DNA from: the human T2T-CHM13v2.0 reference genome, Homo sapiens
Length of the DNA stretch: 64,000 bases
Assembly (NCBI RefSeq): GCF_009914755.1
Contig: NC_060929.1
Strand: one strand, 5' to 3'
In this document: in pieces, positions 41,481 to 56,010 of the stretch
Position numbering within the stretch: the stretch's first letter is position 1
How the letters are laid out: each line of letters begins with the position of its first letter
Notes under the pieces: generated by a model
What the model was told of the DNA's origin: nothing
The model's input: only the letters and a program-made list of their open reading frames with translations
The model's database searches: none
Translations under genes and position numbers: made by a program

Positions 41481-42424
41481 TGGGGCTTAATATCACTAAA
41501 TTATATGCTTAAAATGCTTATTTTATATATTAATAATAAATTTTATTATTTATATTTTAGCATTATATAAAAAAAGAATTCCTGGATGACCACATATCAA
41601 GGTACTGTACAGGGCTCCTATATTGGGGGCAGGCTGGCCTGGCTGTTTTAGGTCGCTTTTTTGTCTATGGACTGTGATTTAAACATATCCTTATAACATG
41701 AATTCTCCATCAACACCACCACCACCATAAGAATAATCTTTCTTATACTGTCTTTACTCTTGTAAAAGAAGAAAACAGATTCAGAGCGTCTGTGATGAAC
41801 ATCTCTGGCTCCAGAGAAGGTACATTTTGAACCAAGTGGGAATGTCAGGGTTAGAGAGCACCAAGTTCAATGTAATGGTTCATTTGTGGCATGCCAATTA
41901 GGAGTTAGAAATAGCTTAACTTTAAACTAGGAGTGACGAGCAAAATTTAAGCATAGAAGAAGCTTTTTAAATTAGGCAGAACTGTCCATTGAACTAAAAG
42001 TAAGTCCAGTAATGACAATTAAAATAAATTCCAAACCACTTCTGCAAAATTCATGTTAGGTCCTTGGGTTGCCTCTGACACCCTCAAGCAATCCTGTCAA
42101 CCACAACTGGACAGCTTTCATCTGGCTGAAGAGCTGTCCACTCCACTAAATTGGTTCGTTGACAGCTATTCTTATGAGAAATTTTACTTTCTCTTCTTTT
42201 TTGCTTTCTCCGTGATCTTTTGATCCATTAATAAACTCCACAAACTTGTGGGCTGGTTTTGCCATTTTCTCTGCTCTTCATGAAAGAAAATATAAAGACA
42301 CAAATTCTGGGTAAATTTCCACATAGGTTAGTATATGTGAAAATGGACTGTGAATGATAAAGTATGATAAATAAGTGATTATTGTTATTAATAATGATAG
42401 AGACAATAGCAAAGGAAATCTTAG

Positions 42425-42886
<462 letters not shown>

Positions 42887-43329
42887 TGACTTTTCTGAGC
42901 CTCAGTTTCTTCATGGATCAATTGAGAAAGTTAGATTAAATTTCTTATTCATCAAATATGTATTGAGTGCCAACTATATACCAAGGACTGTGCTGAGTAC
43001 TAGATTCAATAGTAAAGAAAATGGACAAATTTCCTGACCTCATGGGGTTCATAGTATGGATGGAAACAGACATAAGCAAATGCACAATTAAATAAATAAA
43101 TACAGTTTGTGATCAGTTCTTCCCAGTTCCATTTCCCAAATGTTAATATTTATATTAATCCACTGAGGATCTTGATAAAACGCAGATTCTGATTTTTTTT
43201 AGGCTGAGGCAGGGTCTGGGATTCTGCAGTTCTCACAGACCCCTAGGCATTGCTGATGCTGCTGGTTCCTGAGTCACAGGTGGAGTAGCAAAGTATAAAA
43301 GGTGTAAACATGACATTATGATAGAAAAC

Positions 43330-44230
43330 ACGCTGGCTTAGAGAGAAGTGTGAGGTGGTTGGGAAACACTGGAGGTGACAGTCAACTGAGTTCTGATGTA
43401 TGCAGAGAATTTGGAAGTCAGAGGAACCAGGATAAGTGCATTGCATTCAAAGGGAAGAGCAACTGCAAAAGCCCTGAGACAGAAAAGATTTTTCATGTTC
43501 ACTATCACAGGGGAAATGAGCAAGGGACTGAGCATCTGAGATGAGCTCAGACAAGTAGTCGGAAGCCAGACCCTGAGGGCTTTTTTGTGCTCTAGGGAGA
43601 AGTTTATGTTCTATTGGAAGATCAATGAGAAGACACAGAAGTGATGTAAGCAGAGTAATGACATGGGGGCAGGGGTGATAATATGCCAGGGGTTTCTGCA
43701 GGAGTCCAGGTAAAAGAAGATGGTAGTTAAAAGTAGCATGGTGGCTGGGGAGATGGAGAGAAGTGGGTGGAATAAAGGTTTTTTGGGGAGTAAAGAGATA
43801 GATAACAAAAATAGATTCCATGAGTGAGTGGGAAGAAGCACAAATAAACGCCATATTTTAGAATTGCATATCTGAATAAATGTTGGTACAATTTAATGAG
43901 ATGGGTGAAACACATTAAGTGTGAGATACCTATAGGACATTCGAGTGAAGACGTCAAGTAGGCAATTGGATGTATGTGTGTCTGGAGCTCAGAGGGATGA
44001 CTGGGCAGGAGATACATGCTTGGAATTGCCAGCACTTCTATGGGATTTAGAGAACTGAGGAAGGATGTGATCACCCAAGAAGAGGGTCAGGGTCTTGATG
44101 AACAGCAGTACTGAGATGTGCAGTAGAGAAGGTAGAACCAGCAGAGGAGACTGTGAAAGACTATCCAGGATGTTCTGGGGACATCAGATGAGAGCGGTAT
44201 TTTGGAAGCCAAGAGGAACATTTCAAGTGA
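43330..44230 (+). mobile_element. L2 fragment (opposite orientation to the 3650-5580 cluster)
   Basis: gagatacctataggacattcgagtgaagacgtcaagtaggcaattggatgta...ctggagctcag. Boundaries and strand are approximate. Confidence 0.65.
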
Positions 44231-44806
44231 ATATATGTATGTATAATACATATATATAATATATTATATAATATATATATTAGGAATATATAAATATATA
44301 TATTCTTGATACTTCCCTGGAACTACTTCAAGATCACTCCTAAGAATGACAGGAAGCAAGGAGGCAGGGAAACTAGAGTACTTTTTCTCTTTATATTTTT
44401 ATGTATCGAACTTTGCAATAAAATTATGTTAGACCAGAGGGCTCCACCATTGCACCAATGATCTCCGCAGTAAGTGTCTCCTCTCCCACCTGTTAGGAGT
44501 GTCATGTACACAAGAAATATTCTTGAAAATATACACAGCACATCCACAAAAGATCCCATACTCCCTATCTAAGTATTTTTTTCACCCTTCCTGCCCAGCC
44601 CTGCACAGTCTTTTGCAAAGGAATTACATTTAAATTAAAGAAAATAATGTTTCATTTTCTTACCAATCAACAGTTAGGAGAAGAGTACAAGGGCATTCTG
44701 ACTTACAAGAGAGCCTGTCTAAAATTGAATTATTTTTTTCTAGTGAGAATTTTATTAACCTTAAATATAAGGTCCCTGTTGGTTTCTATACTGATAAGAG
44801 AATGAA

Positions 44807-45356
44807 TATTAACCAAGAGGGCCTTAACGTTCCACTCAGCTTGATTAAACTTTAGACAGCCTTCTTCCTGACTCCAGGCTCTGAACTCCCTTTTCTTAGA
44901 GCATTTACTTTAGAAAATTTGTAATTGCAAATTCTTTCTCTAACACTTTGAGATGTAAATGAAAGATACTCACCAGTTTTACAAGCTAGGACTGCCATTC
45001 TCAAGAACTTTTCCTTTCCCTTTGAAAGGAAATCATCAAGAAATATAGTGCTCCTATCTCTCAGTCTGTAGGATCGAACAGCCTAACTTAGGTGGACACC
45101 TTGCTCCAAGTTGTAAAACCGTCCCTTGTCGTGAAGATATGAGAAAGTTTACTTATCCTTTGGGTAAGGCTAATTAGGTAGCACATTAGGTAATCCCTTC
45201 CCCCCACTCTATTTCTTAAAAACCCTCCTGTCCTTTGTTGTAGTGAAGTTGAAGTCAGATTGCATTCTGGTCTCTCTCCCTATTGCCATAGCCTTGGAAA
45301 AGAAAAAAGTCATCTTTACCTGCTTAACTTCATCCAGTGCAATTTTTGTTTTGACA
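44807..45356 (+). mobile_element. ERV1 solo LTR (MER34/MER39-like)
   Basis: ctcagcttgattaaactttagacag...cttagagcatttactttagaaaa...tttgtttgaca-type end. Confidence 0.65.
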
Positions 45357-45379
45357 GTATACATCATTTATTACAAGTA

Positions 45380-45793
45380 CAGATGTTCCTAGACTTATGA
45401 TGGGGTTACCTCCCAGTAAACCCATTGTAAGTTGAACACATTGTAAATGGAAAATGCATTTAATGCACCTAACCTATAGAACATTGTAACAGCCTAGCCT
45501 ACCTTAAATGTGCTCAGAAAGCTTACATGGGCCTAGAGTTGGGCAAAGTCATCTGGCAGCAGACTACTCTGTAGAGCGTAGGTTGTTTACCTTCGTGATC
45601 ACCTGACTGATTGAGAGTTGGAGCTCACTGCTGCTGCCAGGCTAGGTAAGATGGTATCATACAGCATATTGCTATCCTGGGAAAAGATCAAAATTCAATA
45701 TTGGAAATACAGTTTCCACTGAATGCATATTGCTTTTACACCATGGTAAAGTAAAAAATTCTTAAGTCAAACCATCATGTCGGGGACCATCTG
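45380..45793 (+). mobile_element. MER47B-like Tigger MITE with TA TSD
   Basis: TA-cagatgttcctagacttatgatgg...ccatcatgtcggggaccatctg-TA terminal inverted repeats. Confidence 0.88.
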
Positions 45794-46070
45794 TAATTGT
45801 ATGTGTGTGGCTTCTTCATTACCTTTATTACTGGCCATGAACAAAATCTGAGTTTAACATATAGGAGCGATAAACTCAGATAATAATCACATTGCTAATA
45901 TGACTTATGTAAATTGATTTTTCAAATACTTCTTTATTTAAAATAGAAATAACAGAATCCATGAGTATGTTGTTTTTCCTTATAACAAATAACCTGAGCA
46001 ATACTATGTAATTGTTTTAAAGTATATATCATTTCCTTTAAATATATGCACTCTTTCCCCCTAGGTTTCT

Positions 46071-46503
46071 TGAGAGACTAAACATACAAATGGACAATGG
46101 CCAGACCATGTGTAACAATAAAACTCCGATGGACAATCTCTGGCAGCCAGCCCAGAACGATCAGGACTTGTTCAATGACTGCGAGCTAGCTTCCCCCTTT
46201 TTTAACCCTCTTACCTGCTTCCAACTCAAGACTAACAACAGAATGCCAAAGACACTGCTCCCCAAAGCAATTACGTAAGATGCCTCACTGCTTGTTAGTG
46301 CACCTCCTGCTTCAATGTGCCAACAACCTCCAATCAGAAGATAGCAGAAGCCTTCTTTTCCCCGCTTATAAAGCTTTTTTACTCCCCTGCCTGTCTTTGA
46401 GACTTTGCTAAATTCCAAGGATGGTGGCTGATCCTCTTGCTTTATCATGCTCTGAATAAATTGCTTGTTTGTTCTCATCTGTGTGGTCTTCATTTGTTTC
46501 CAT
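46071..46503 (+). mobile_element. ERV1 (MER4-group) solo LTR
   Basis: TG start, aaatggacaatggccagacc, TATAAA at about 46367, AATAAA at about 46455, ends ttccaca. Subfamily uncertain. Confidence 0.65.
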
Positions 46504-46773
46504 ATTCTAGGTGTGTTCTAGATGTTACACTTATTTGAAATCCTATATTTTGACTTAAGTGGAAATCCTTTCTGAGGAAGAAAATATTTCTTATGATTTG
46601 GCTTATATTACTTTGGGTTCTTGTACTAAGTTCTCAGGTCTCCCAGTTAACGTTTTTTCTTTTCTTTTTTCTTTTTTACGGAAAGCTTTTTTTTTAAAAA
46701 AAAAAAAAAAAAAAAGAGGAGGATTAAATAAGATAGTTTGCATAGCCTTATTCCATAATATGAAGCATCAGAG

Positions 46774-46965
46774 CAGTGGTGCTTCAAAATCACCAGCAAA
46801 CACTAGGATCATCTGGAGGGCTGGGTTAAAACACAGACTGCTGAACCCACCCACACTTTCTAACTTAGTGCATCTTGGGTGAAGACCAAAATTTTACATT
46901 TTTAGCAAGTTCCCAGGTAATGCTGATGTCGATGCTGGTCTTGGGACCATACTTTGAGGACCACT
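46774..46965 (+). mobile_element. MER5A
   Basis: cagtggtgcttcaaa...ccatactttgaggaccactg. Confidence 0.75.
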
Positions 46966-48562
46966 GACCTAGAACCTTACAAGGGATGCCCTTAATCTTA
47001 ACCTCCATTCTGCCTTTGCAAATTATTTTCTTCTGCTTCTCACTTTGAAATGTCTTCCTTGGAAGTGGGTTGATTTTGACATTGATGTACTGAACACCTA
47101 CCATATGGCAAACAATGCACCTGGAAGATTTTTCATGTTGGCGAATTCAATCTTCATAATTATCATTATCATGTGATGTAATATCATGATGCCCCCTTTT
47201 CAGAAGAGGCTGGAGCTCAGCATGGTTAAGAGACGTAATATTTTGTAACTATTAAGTGGTGAAGCTGGGATTTAAACCCACATATTTTTATTGCAAGTCC
47301 AGTATTTCTCCTACTAAATTTTAAACATGCTTACTTAGAAGTGAATATATTTCCTTTAAAAAAACACATGCTAAAATTTTGCTTTTTGTCTAGAAACTTA
47401 AGACTCAAAATACTGATGATGACAGCTTAATATGTGTTGTAAAATGTGCTGGCTATAGAAAATGGTAGGAGAAAAAAGGAATAAACCTTGTAGGATGGAA
47501 ATTATATATAATGGAGTTTTTATGTAATTCTAAAATAATTTTATTTGATTTTTTTTGAAAACCCTATAGACAAGGACACGAGGGCAGGGAGGTGGTTGGT
47601 GCACAGCTGGTGAAGGTTAGGTAGTTTTGAACTGCAAACATGCAGAGTAAAATTCTTGAGGCAAAATCTTAATAGACTTTTCAAGAACCTCAAATATCAC
47701 ACATACTGGGCATGAAACAAACTTCAAAGCCCAAAGAGGATCTCTCTGTACAGAGTATAATGGAGTTAAAAGCTGTAAGGAATACAAAGGATTTCAGGAT
47801 GAAAGACACTGTTTTCTGAGGCCATGCCTGAATGTAAAGCCAAGGCAGGATAGATAGGCAAGGTGAGATCTACATCTGGAGAGATACCCACTGCTGCACA
47901 GCATGTTAATCATTAAGGATTCAATTCTTCTTGGAAATGAAATGCCAAATAATAGTGCTAGTCAATTAGACCTCAGAGGTGGTCTCTCTTTAAGAAAACC
48001 CATTTTCCAAAAGTGGAACTGAGTCAACAGCTACAGAGATAGATTTCTTTTCTTTACAAGATCATTTTTTCTTTATATGTGCACAGTCTAGCGTCTCTGG
48101 TTTGTGTTGAAAACATTTTTTTTTTTTTTACACACACTTGTTAAGGAATACACTCACCAGGCACAGAAATGTCTTCCTTTGGGGTAAAACACATGACATG
48201 TTTTCAATATTCGGCTGATCATTTCCTCAAAATTATTCCTGTGATTATGAGAAATTCAGCACAGGGAAAAAATGTGGACCACATATGCCCTCTCCACTTT
48301 GGTAAATCATTTACCCTAAGCATAAGCACTCAAGGAAAAGTGGACTTTCCCATACTCTGATAGTAACCTGCTCTCCATTCCTTTGCAACAGATGGCCTCT
48401 GTCACTAGGCCCAATTGCCAGTGGATACAGCTCTCCATATTTTGCCAGGATCTTGGTTTGCTGTTGCCAAGTACTATGGTTTCTCTTCTTACTTCTGCCT
48501 CTGATAATGCAAAAAATCCTTTGCCCAAAGGAGAGATGAAACAGCTCAATTTTATGCTGTTG

Positions 48563-48784
48563 CAGGAGTAGTCAAACAATGGCCATTGGGCCGAATCCAG
48601 CCTGCTGTCTGTTTTTGTAAATAAAGTCCTAGTGGAACACAGCCACACTCAATCATTTATGTAGTTCCTCTAGCTGAGTTTACACTACAAAAGTAGAGCT
48701 GAGTAATTACGAGAGAGATTTCATGGCCCGAAGAGAAACTTTACTCCCTTTATGACCCTTTATGAAAAAGTGTCATGACCCCTG
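48563..48784 (+). mobile_element. MER58A
   Basis: ctgtttttgtaaataaagtc..gtggaacacagccacac...tgacccctg. Confidence 0.85.
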
Positions 48785-50071
48785 CTCTTTTGTAACCAGA
48801 GATGTTTGGTCTAAAGAAGAACATGGCATTAAGACACAAAGACCTATAAGAGCCTAAAAGGAGCCTATTTACTGGGAGTCATTCATTCCTCTGGATTCTT
48901 TCACTAAGTGGAAAGCAACACCCTTCCGGTTGACCACGCCAGAAACTGAGCATCTTGCTCATTTTTTTCTTCTCCTTTACCTAGGTCATTATCTACTCTG
49001 AGGATCTCTTAAATCCCTTCACTTCTCTCCAATCTGCTGTCAATACCCTAGGAGAGGGCTTCCTTTCATCTTCTCCTAGACTATCACAACCACTTTTATC
49101 CCACTAACTACTTTGTCTTTGTCTTCAAATTCTTAGTATATGAGACAGCTTAAATTTAACATGTTCAAAATTGAACTCCTGATTTCCCTAACCTCAAACC
49201 TGCTTCCCATATGAATACATAGCAAATCTATTTCTCCAGTTGCTCAGGTTAAAAATTTGGAAGCCACTTTTACCAGGTCTCTACCTCTTCTACCTCCAGT
49301 ACATCAGCAAATCCTGATAGCTCTAACTTCATAACGTTTCCTGATCCCAACCCTTTACCAGCCATTCAATGTCATACCATTCTAGTTCCTACTACATCAT
49401 GCTTCACTTGGTGACTGCAAAGTCCTCTCAACTGGCATCCCTGCTTCCATCATTTCTCACATACAATCCACTCTTCACCCACTAGACAGAATGAGCTTTG
49501 AAAAATATTGAGATTGGAACATATCACTTCCATACTCACTGCCCTTAAGATGGCTTGTCATCTCACTAGGAGTAAACCCAGAACCCTCACCATGACCTAT
49601 GTAAATTTACAAAGCTGGCCACTGGCTGCTTCCATCATCTCAACTCTCACCACTCTCTCTTTCCCAGGCTGCTCCCGCTAAGGAGACTTCCTGACTTCCA
49701 CACTGTTCCCAGATGGTGCCAATCATGCATCCACCTCCACCATCCACCTCTCACCTGATGCTACCACCATCTGGATCTCTCCATTCAAGTGACCAGAGAA
49801 GCTCACCCTTCACTTCATTCAGGTGTCTGCTCAGATTCATCTCTGCAGAGAGGACTTATTTAAAAAAGAACCTCCCCTCACTCTCTATTCTCTTGACTTG
49901 CATTATTGATTTTCACAGCTGTTACCTTTTACGCTCCCACACACACTAGAATAACTTGAATGTAAAATCACTGAAAGCAAGAACTTGGGCTGTTATATTC
50001 ACTGAAGTATTTTCCAGCACCTTTTTGGTACTGTTTTACAGTACCTAGCACATAGTAGTGCTGTGAAAGTA

Positions 50072-50399
50072 CAGTTGGTTCTCTGTATCTGTGGGTTCCA
50101 CATCCGTAGATTCAACCAACTGTGAATCATAAATATTCTTTAAAAAATAGTGCCTGTATTGAGCATGTACAGACTTTTTCTTGTCATTATTACGTAAACA
50201 ATAGATATAACAACTATTTGCATAGTATTTACCATTGCATTAGGTATTGTTAAGTAACCTTGTTGAAGTATATGAGAGGATATGCTTAAGTTAAATGCAA
50301 ATACTACATCATTCTATATCAGGTACTTGAACATCCTTAGACTTTGGTACCCCAAAGAGGTCCTGGGACAAATCCCCTATGGATACCAAGGGACAAATG
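50072..50399. mobile_element. MER2 (Tigger2 family)
   Basis: TA-cagttggttctctgtatctgtggg...ctatggataccaagggacaaatg-TA inverted termini. Confidence 0.85.
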
Positions 50400-51319
50400 T
50401 ATCTGTGGAATGAATGACTGACTGAATGAATGAATGAATGAGCTACTTCTTAATTAGTTATTCTGCCTTGGCAATTACTCTTTCCCAACACTCTCAACAC
50501 TGAAGTCAAGATATGTTCTTCCCCCAAAAGAAATTAGCTAATTTCTCCCTCTTGTTCAAAATCTTATAATGTCTTCCCATTGCAATTTTGATACAATAGC
50601 ACATCTTGACCTGGTTTAAACTGGTCCCTACTTACCTCTCTAGCTTTATTTCTGACACTGTTCCATAACCAACACTAAATGAAGTGCCCAAATTCTCACT
50701 CAGTGAGATGAGGCACGCTTGTTAAACTCCTTCCTCTCCTTCCCATTCTTTACCTGGCAAGCTCTCGCATGTCCTTCAGCACTCAGCTTAAACATCTTAT
50801 TGTCTGGGAAGCCATCCTGACCTCAATATTGTCCCTGTCGTATATGCTTCCATTGTACCCTATAATTATATATCATAGCTTTTATCACCCTATATTTAAT
50901 TGTTATTTAAAGATCTGTGCCTCCCAACCACACTAACTTACTGATTTTGGTATCAACAGTGCCTAGTATAACAAATATATGTTAGACAAGTAAACTGATA
51001 TACAAGGTAGCCCTTGCTTGAAAGAAGTTTAAAGTAGTGATCAACACAAAGGGATTTCCCCCTTCATTCAGCTCAATAGTTCTGTTAATCCTGTCTCTAA
51101 ACCACTCCCCCAGACAAGTGCATTTGGGCCACCAATCCTCGCTTTGAATTACAAGTTATAGCTGTTAACATCACATACAAACCACTAAAGAGTTAACAAG
51201 TTTCTCCAGAGAATATCAGAAGCCTTTCCCACATTGTACTCTTTAGGCTAATAATACTTTTAAGTCTATTTTCTAGTCATGTCCTGGGCACCGAAGTTGT
51301 TATAAAGATTAATAAATTT

Positions 51320-51676
<357 letters not shown>

Positions 51677-54600
51677 TTAATCCTAGCTATTAATATTCAT
51701 CTTTTCTGTTCATTTCAAATAGACACAAATGACATTAACACTGGTCCTGGTCTTCTAGCTCACAATGTAGCAAGAAACTAAGCCTGATCAATGACTGATC
51801 ATTATGAGAGCATGTTGTAATTTCAACAGCTGGGGGCTGTTGAAACGACAACTATAAATAGCGGCCAGAGAAAAGAGATAATGAGTAAGAATACACTGGA
51901 GTTTTTCCAGACACAACTGGTAGAAAACACAATTTAATATAGCAGAGAAGAAATAAAGGTGCTGAAACTCATAGGAGTGGAGATGGGGTTTAGAAGGTGG
52001 TAAACGAATGTGAGGGGCAAGAATTTGGGAGGATTTGAGGCTGGCATAATCATAAGAGAAGCAGGGAGTATCCAGTATCTTGATGGGGCATAAGGATTTT
52101 GAAAAGAAAGGCTCTGCATTCTATTCCACAACCAACATGTATACACTCACACCTACACGCCCTGCCATGCACCCAACATATAAGAGAAGATGAGGGAGTG
52201 AAGGTGATGGGAGAGGCAGGTGGAGAATAATGGTGGGGTTGCCCAAAGATAGACAGACTGAAGTTCAGATTCTCTACCTGGATTAGACCCTCTATCCACT
52301 ACTTCTCCTCCTGCACCTGGTTACTAGTCATCTCTAGAGCCAAAGACAGAATCATGTAAAGGAGGCTCATTTGGAAAAGCTGGCTGTGGCATTCCAACCT
52401 GGCAAATCTAAGAACTGTATTGCAGTACTTGTCAATGCATATCCAGATGATGCTTGTGACAAATGTTAAAAAAGCCTTAAAAACATTCATGCTCCAAAAA
52501 TTCCAAAAGAAATAAATCCTTATAGCTGTTCATAAAGATTTCTGTACATTATTACTCACAACCATGTTGTTCATAACTGGAGAACATGAAACATCTAAAT
52601 GTCTATATTTGGGTATTGGTTACATAAACAATTTATTAATACACAGCCATTGAAATTCAGGTTTAAAATATTTAATGACAAGGGACATTTCTCCTAAATA
52701 CCATCCAAAGTTAAAAGCAGGTATAAAACAGTAAAGCACAAGCTCAACCTTTGTAAAAATATGTATTTATATATGGGTCCAGATACTATAGTGAAAGATT
52801 AATTTGTGACCTTTTTTAAAAAATTACAAAAATACTAGAAGAAATGAGTGGTTACCTTCTTCCTCCATCTCAAGAAAATAACTAAGATTTGTATAACTAC
52901 AAGCTTTGAAGACTCCAGTGTCAAGCTTGACAGGGAAGCAACAGAGCCTCTTGCCTTCAAGGGATCTGTGGACGTGGTGGTGACCAGGACAAAGTGAAAA
53001 GCAAAAGGTCCAGCTTAACGGAGAAAGAGGAAGAGGTCCACAAAATGTCTGAGATTGAATTTACCATTGAGACCCAGCTTGAGGAGCTCACAGAAAAGTT
53101 AACTAATTTAGAGATTAAAAGAAATTTGGCATTTCGTACATCTGAATGTTGTAGAGTAACACTGAAATGCAAATCTGGTATATGTATGTGATACACATAC
53201 ACATACATGCTTACATATACAAACATATATATGTACAGGTAAATGATACATACATGGTACCTAATATTTATACGTATGACATACCTGTATTTATTACATA
53301 TGACTCCATATATTAATATTATCTATATCCAAAATGGTTATCTCTAGGTGATATTAATCTAAAAAAATTTGAATTATTTCTTCATTTTTTTTTTTACTTT
53401 TTCCCAGTATTTCCCATCAAATGTGTATTACATTGCTAATCCACAAAAAATTGTGTTTTTTTTCAAAATGCATTGCCTATGTCTGGTTTTGCTCATAACA
53501 GTGCCTTAATAATTATATGAAATCCGCACGTATTGTTCCTCTCACCAGTTATTAAACTTACTAATTGGCGTACTTCATTTTAAGAAGTTTTTAATTGCAA
53601 ATGTAGCTATAAACTGTGGTGTGGTGCTTAATAGATGAAATTTTCTTAGTTTTTGCCCATCCACCTGAAGCTGCTACAAAGAAAGAATAACTTCAATAAT
53701 TTTTTTTAAACAAAGTTCTCTCCCCTTCTGTGGATGTTTTGGAGCTTACAACTTTGTCCTGAATCTAACCACTTCTCATCAGTGGTGCCACTAATATTAG
53801 TGCAAGCCACTATTATCTCTAACTTACTTCTTACAAGTTTATTTCTTGCAATAAAATCTTGTCTTCAATTTCCTGCCCTTATAGTCTATGTGCTACACAA
53901 AATCTAGAGTTATACCTCTGAAATCAAAGGCAGACAATGTATGTTTTCCACTCAAAATTATTCAATGGCTTCCCAGCTCATGCAGAATATCCCAAGTTTC
54001 TACCGAGACTTGGTAGAATATACCAGGATATAAGGAACCTGGTACCAGCTGCCCCTTTGATCTCGATTTCCACCAGTTCTTCTCCTCCCTCTGCTCCAGG
54101 CACAAACACCTCCTCTGTATTTCTCCAATATGTCAAGTGCGCTCTGACCTGTGCGCCTGTTGTGTTTTCTTCCTAGAATATTCACTTCCAAATATCCACT
54201 AGGTTCCCTTTTTGTCTTCACTTAGGTCTCTGCTCAAAGGTGTCCCCATCAAAGAGCATTTTCCTGACTATTCTAATGAATGTAGCATACTTTGTCATTC
54301 TCAGATTCACTATGCTGCTGTATTTTTCCTGATGGTATGTATCTAACATATTGTATATTTCTTTGTTTTCTAGTGTCTATTAACTGTCTCCCACCAATAG
54401 ATAAGTGCCACGAAAGCAGAGGCTTTGTCAGTTTTCTTGGCCCATAATAGGTACTTAACAGATACAAGTTAAGCACTGAATGGTGCCACTGAAGACTATG
54501 TTGGAAATACGGTTGTATCACCTACTACTACAACATGTGATTATTTATCCACTTTATCCAAAGTCCTGCCTTCAGATACTTCAATCTTCTACTGCAAATG

Positions 54601-55737
54601 AAATACTCTATCTTTTCCTCAAGACGTTATATATGTTACATCCAATAGAGACCATAAGTCTGTCCTCTCCAGTTCCATTATTTGTTTGTTTTGTTTTCAG
54701 AACTCAGTTGAATTGTTTCTATTTTAAAGTTTAGGGTTTTTGGCCACACTAATCCCCATTTTTTGTTCTTACATAAGCATTGCAATTTTCATTTTTTACA
54801 CTGATTATTTCTAGTTTAGATTACCTTATCCCTTTAGAGAATTTTTTTAAAGTATACATAGGGTCTGATAATTAATTAACCTATAAATCAATCAACTAAC
54901 GAACCAATCAATATTTATTACTTATTTACCATGCTTGGCCATGGAGCTATAGTTGACAGGGAGACAGATAAGGTCCCTGTCCTCATAGAGCAAGTGGTAA
55001 TGAATTACATATTGTAGAATCACTCTTCTTTTTACAAATTGTCCATGAGCTTAACTAAAGACACACACATTTATAAGTAGCCAGGAAATTGTAACTTCAA
55101 ACAATAAGATACAATTTCCACCAGTCAGACTCAAAAAACACCAAATTGCCAATCTTTTGAATTGACAAGGGTGTGCTGAAAGCATACTCTCAGGACTGGT
55201 TATGGGAGGACACATTAGTAAAGCTTTTTGGATGCTAATTTGGCAGTATGTTCGAAATTTTTGAATGCACATTTTTAACATATCTATTCTAGGGAAATGC
55301 CCCAACACTTGCTTAGGTGTCCAGAGATGCATGTAGAAGGTTGTGTGTTGCTATAGTTTTTTGTAAAACTGAACACTTGGAAATGGTACAAAACTTCACA
55401 AATCTATTAGTGATTAATTACATCATGGCACACTGATACCCTTAAAAAATACTATGCAGGTGTTAAAAAGAATGAGAAGGGATCCATATACATATAATAA
55501 AAAGTATACAGCCATGCATAAACAATGAAACCAGGGAAGTAGTTGTAGGGTCAAGACAGACAGAAGAGTTTTTTTTTTTTATCAGAAGGAGATCTGATTT
55601 TCATCAGGAATATATCTGATCAGCAGAGAGTTCAGTCATATTTGTAATATTTTATATCTTAAGCTGGGTCATGGACACACAGGTGTTCTTTTATGTTTTT
55701 TCTCAGTACCTTTTGTTATATCTAAAATAGAGCCATT

Positions 55738-56010
55738 AACACAGGAACAGAAAACCAAATACGGCATGTTCTCACTTATAAGTGGGAACTGAACAATGAG
55801 AACACATGGAGACAGGGAGAGGAGCAACACAGACTGGAGCCTGTTTGGGGGACGGGGAGAAGGGGAGTATCAGGAAAAATAGCCAATGCATGTGAGGCTT
55901 AATGCCTATGTGATGAGTTGATAGGTGCAGCAAACCACCATGGCACATGTTTACCTATGTAACAAATCTGCATGTCCTGTGCATGTATCCTGGAACTTAA
56001 AATAATTTTT
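55738..56010 (+). mobile_element. L1PA 3' end fragment
   Basis: gaaaaccaaatacggcatgttctcacttataagtggga...ataggtgcagcaaaccaccatggcacatgtttacc. Confidence 0.88.

Noticed and set aside
48150-48160. Strong minus-strand donor-like CTG|GTGAGT
   Set aside because: No convincing paired acceptor or frame, and such motifs are expected by chance in 64 kb.
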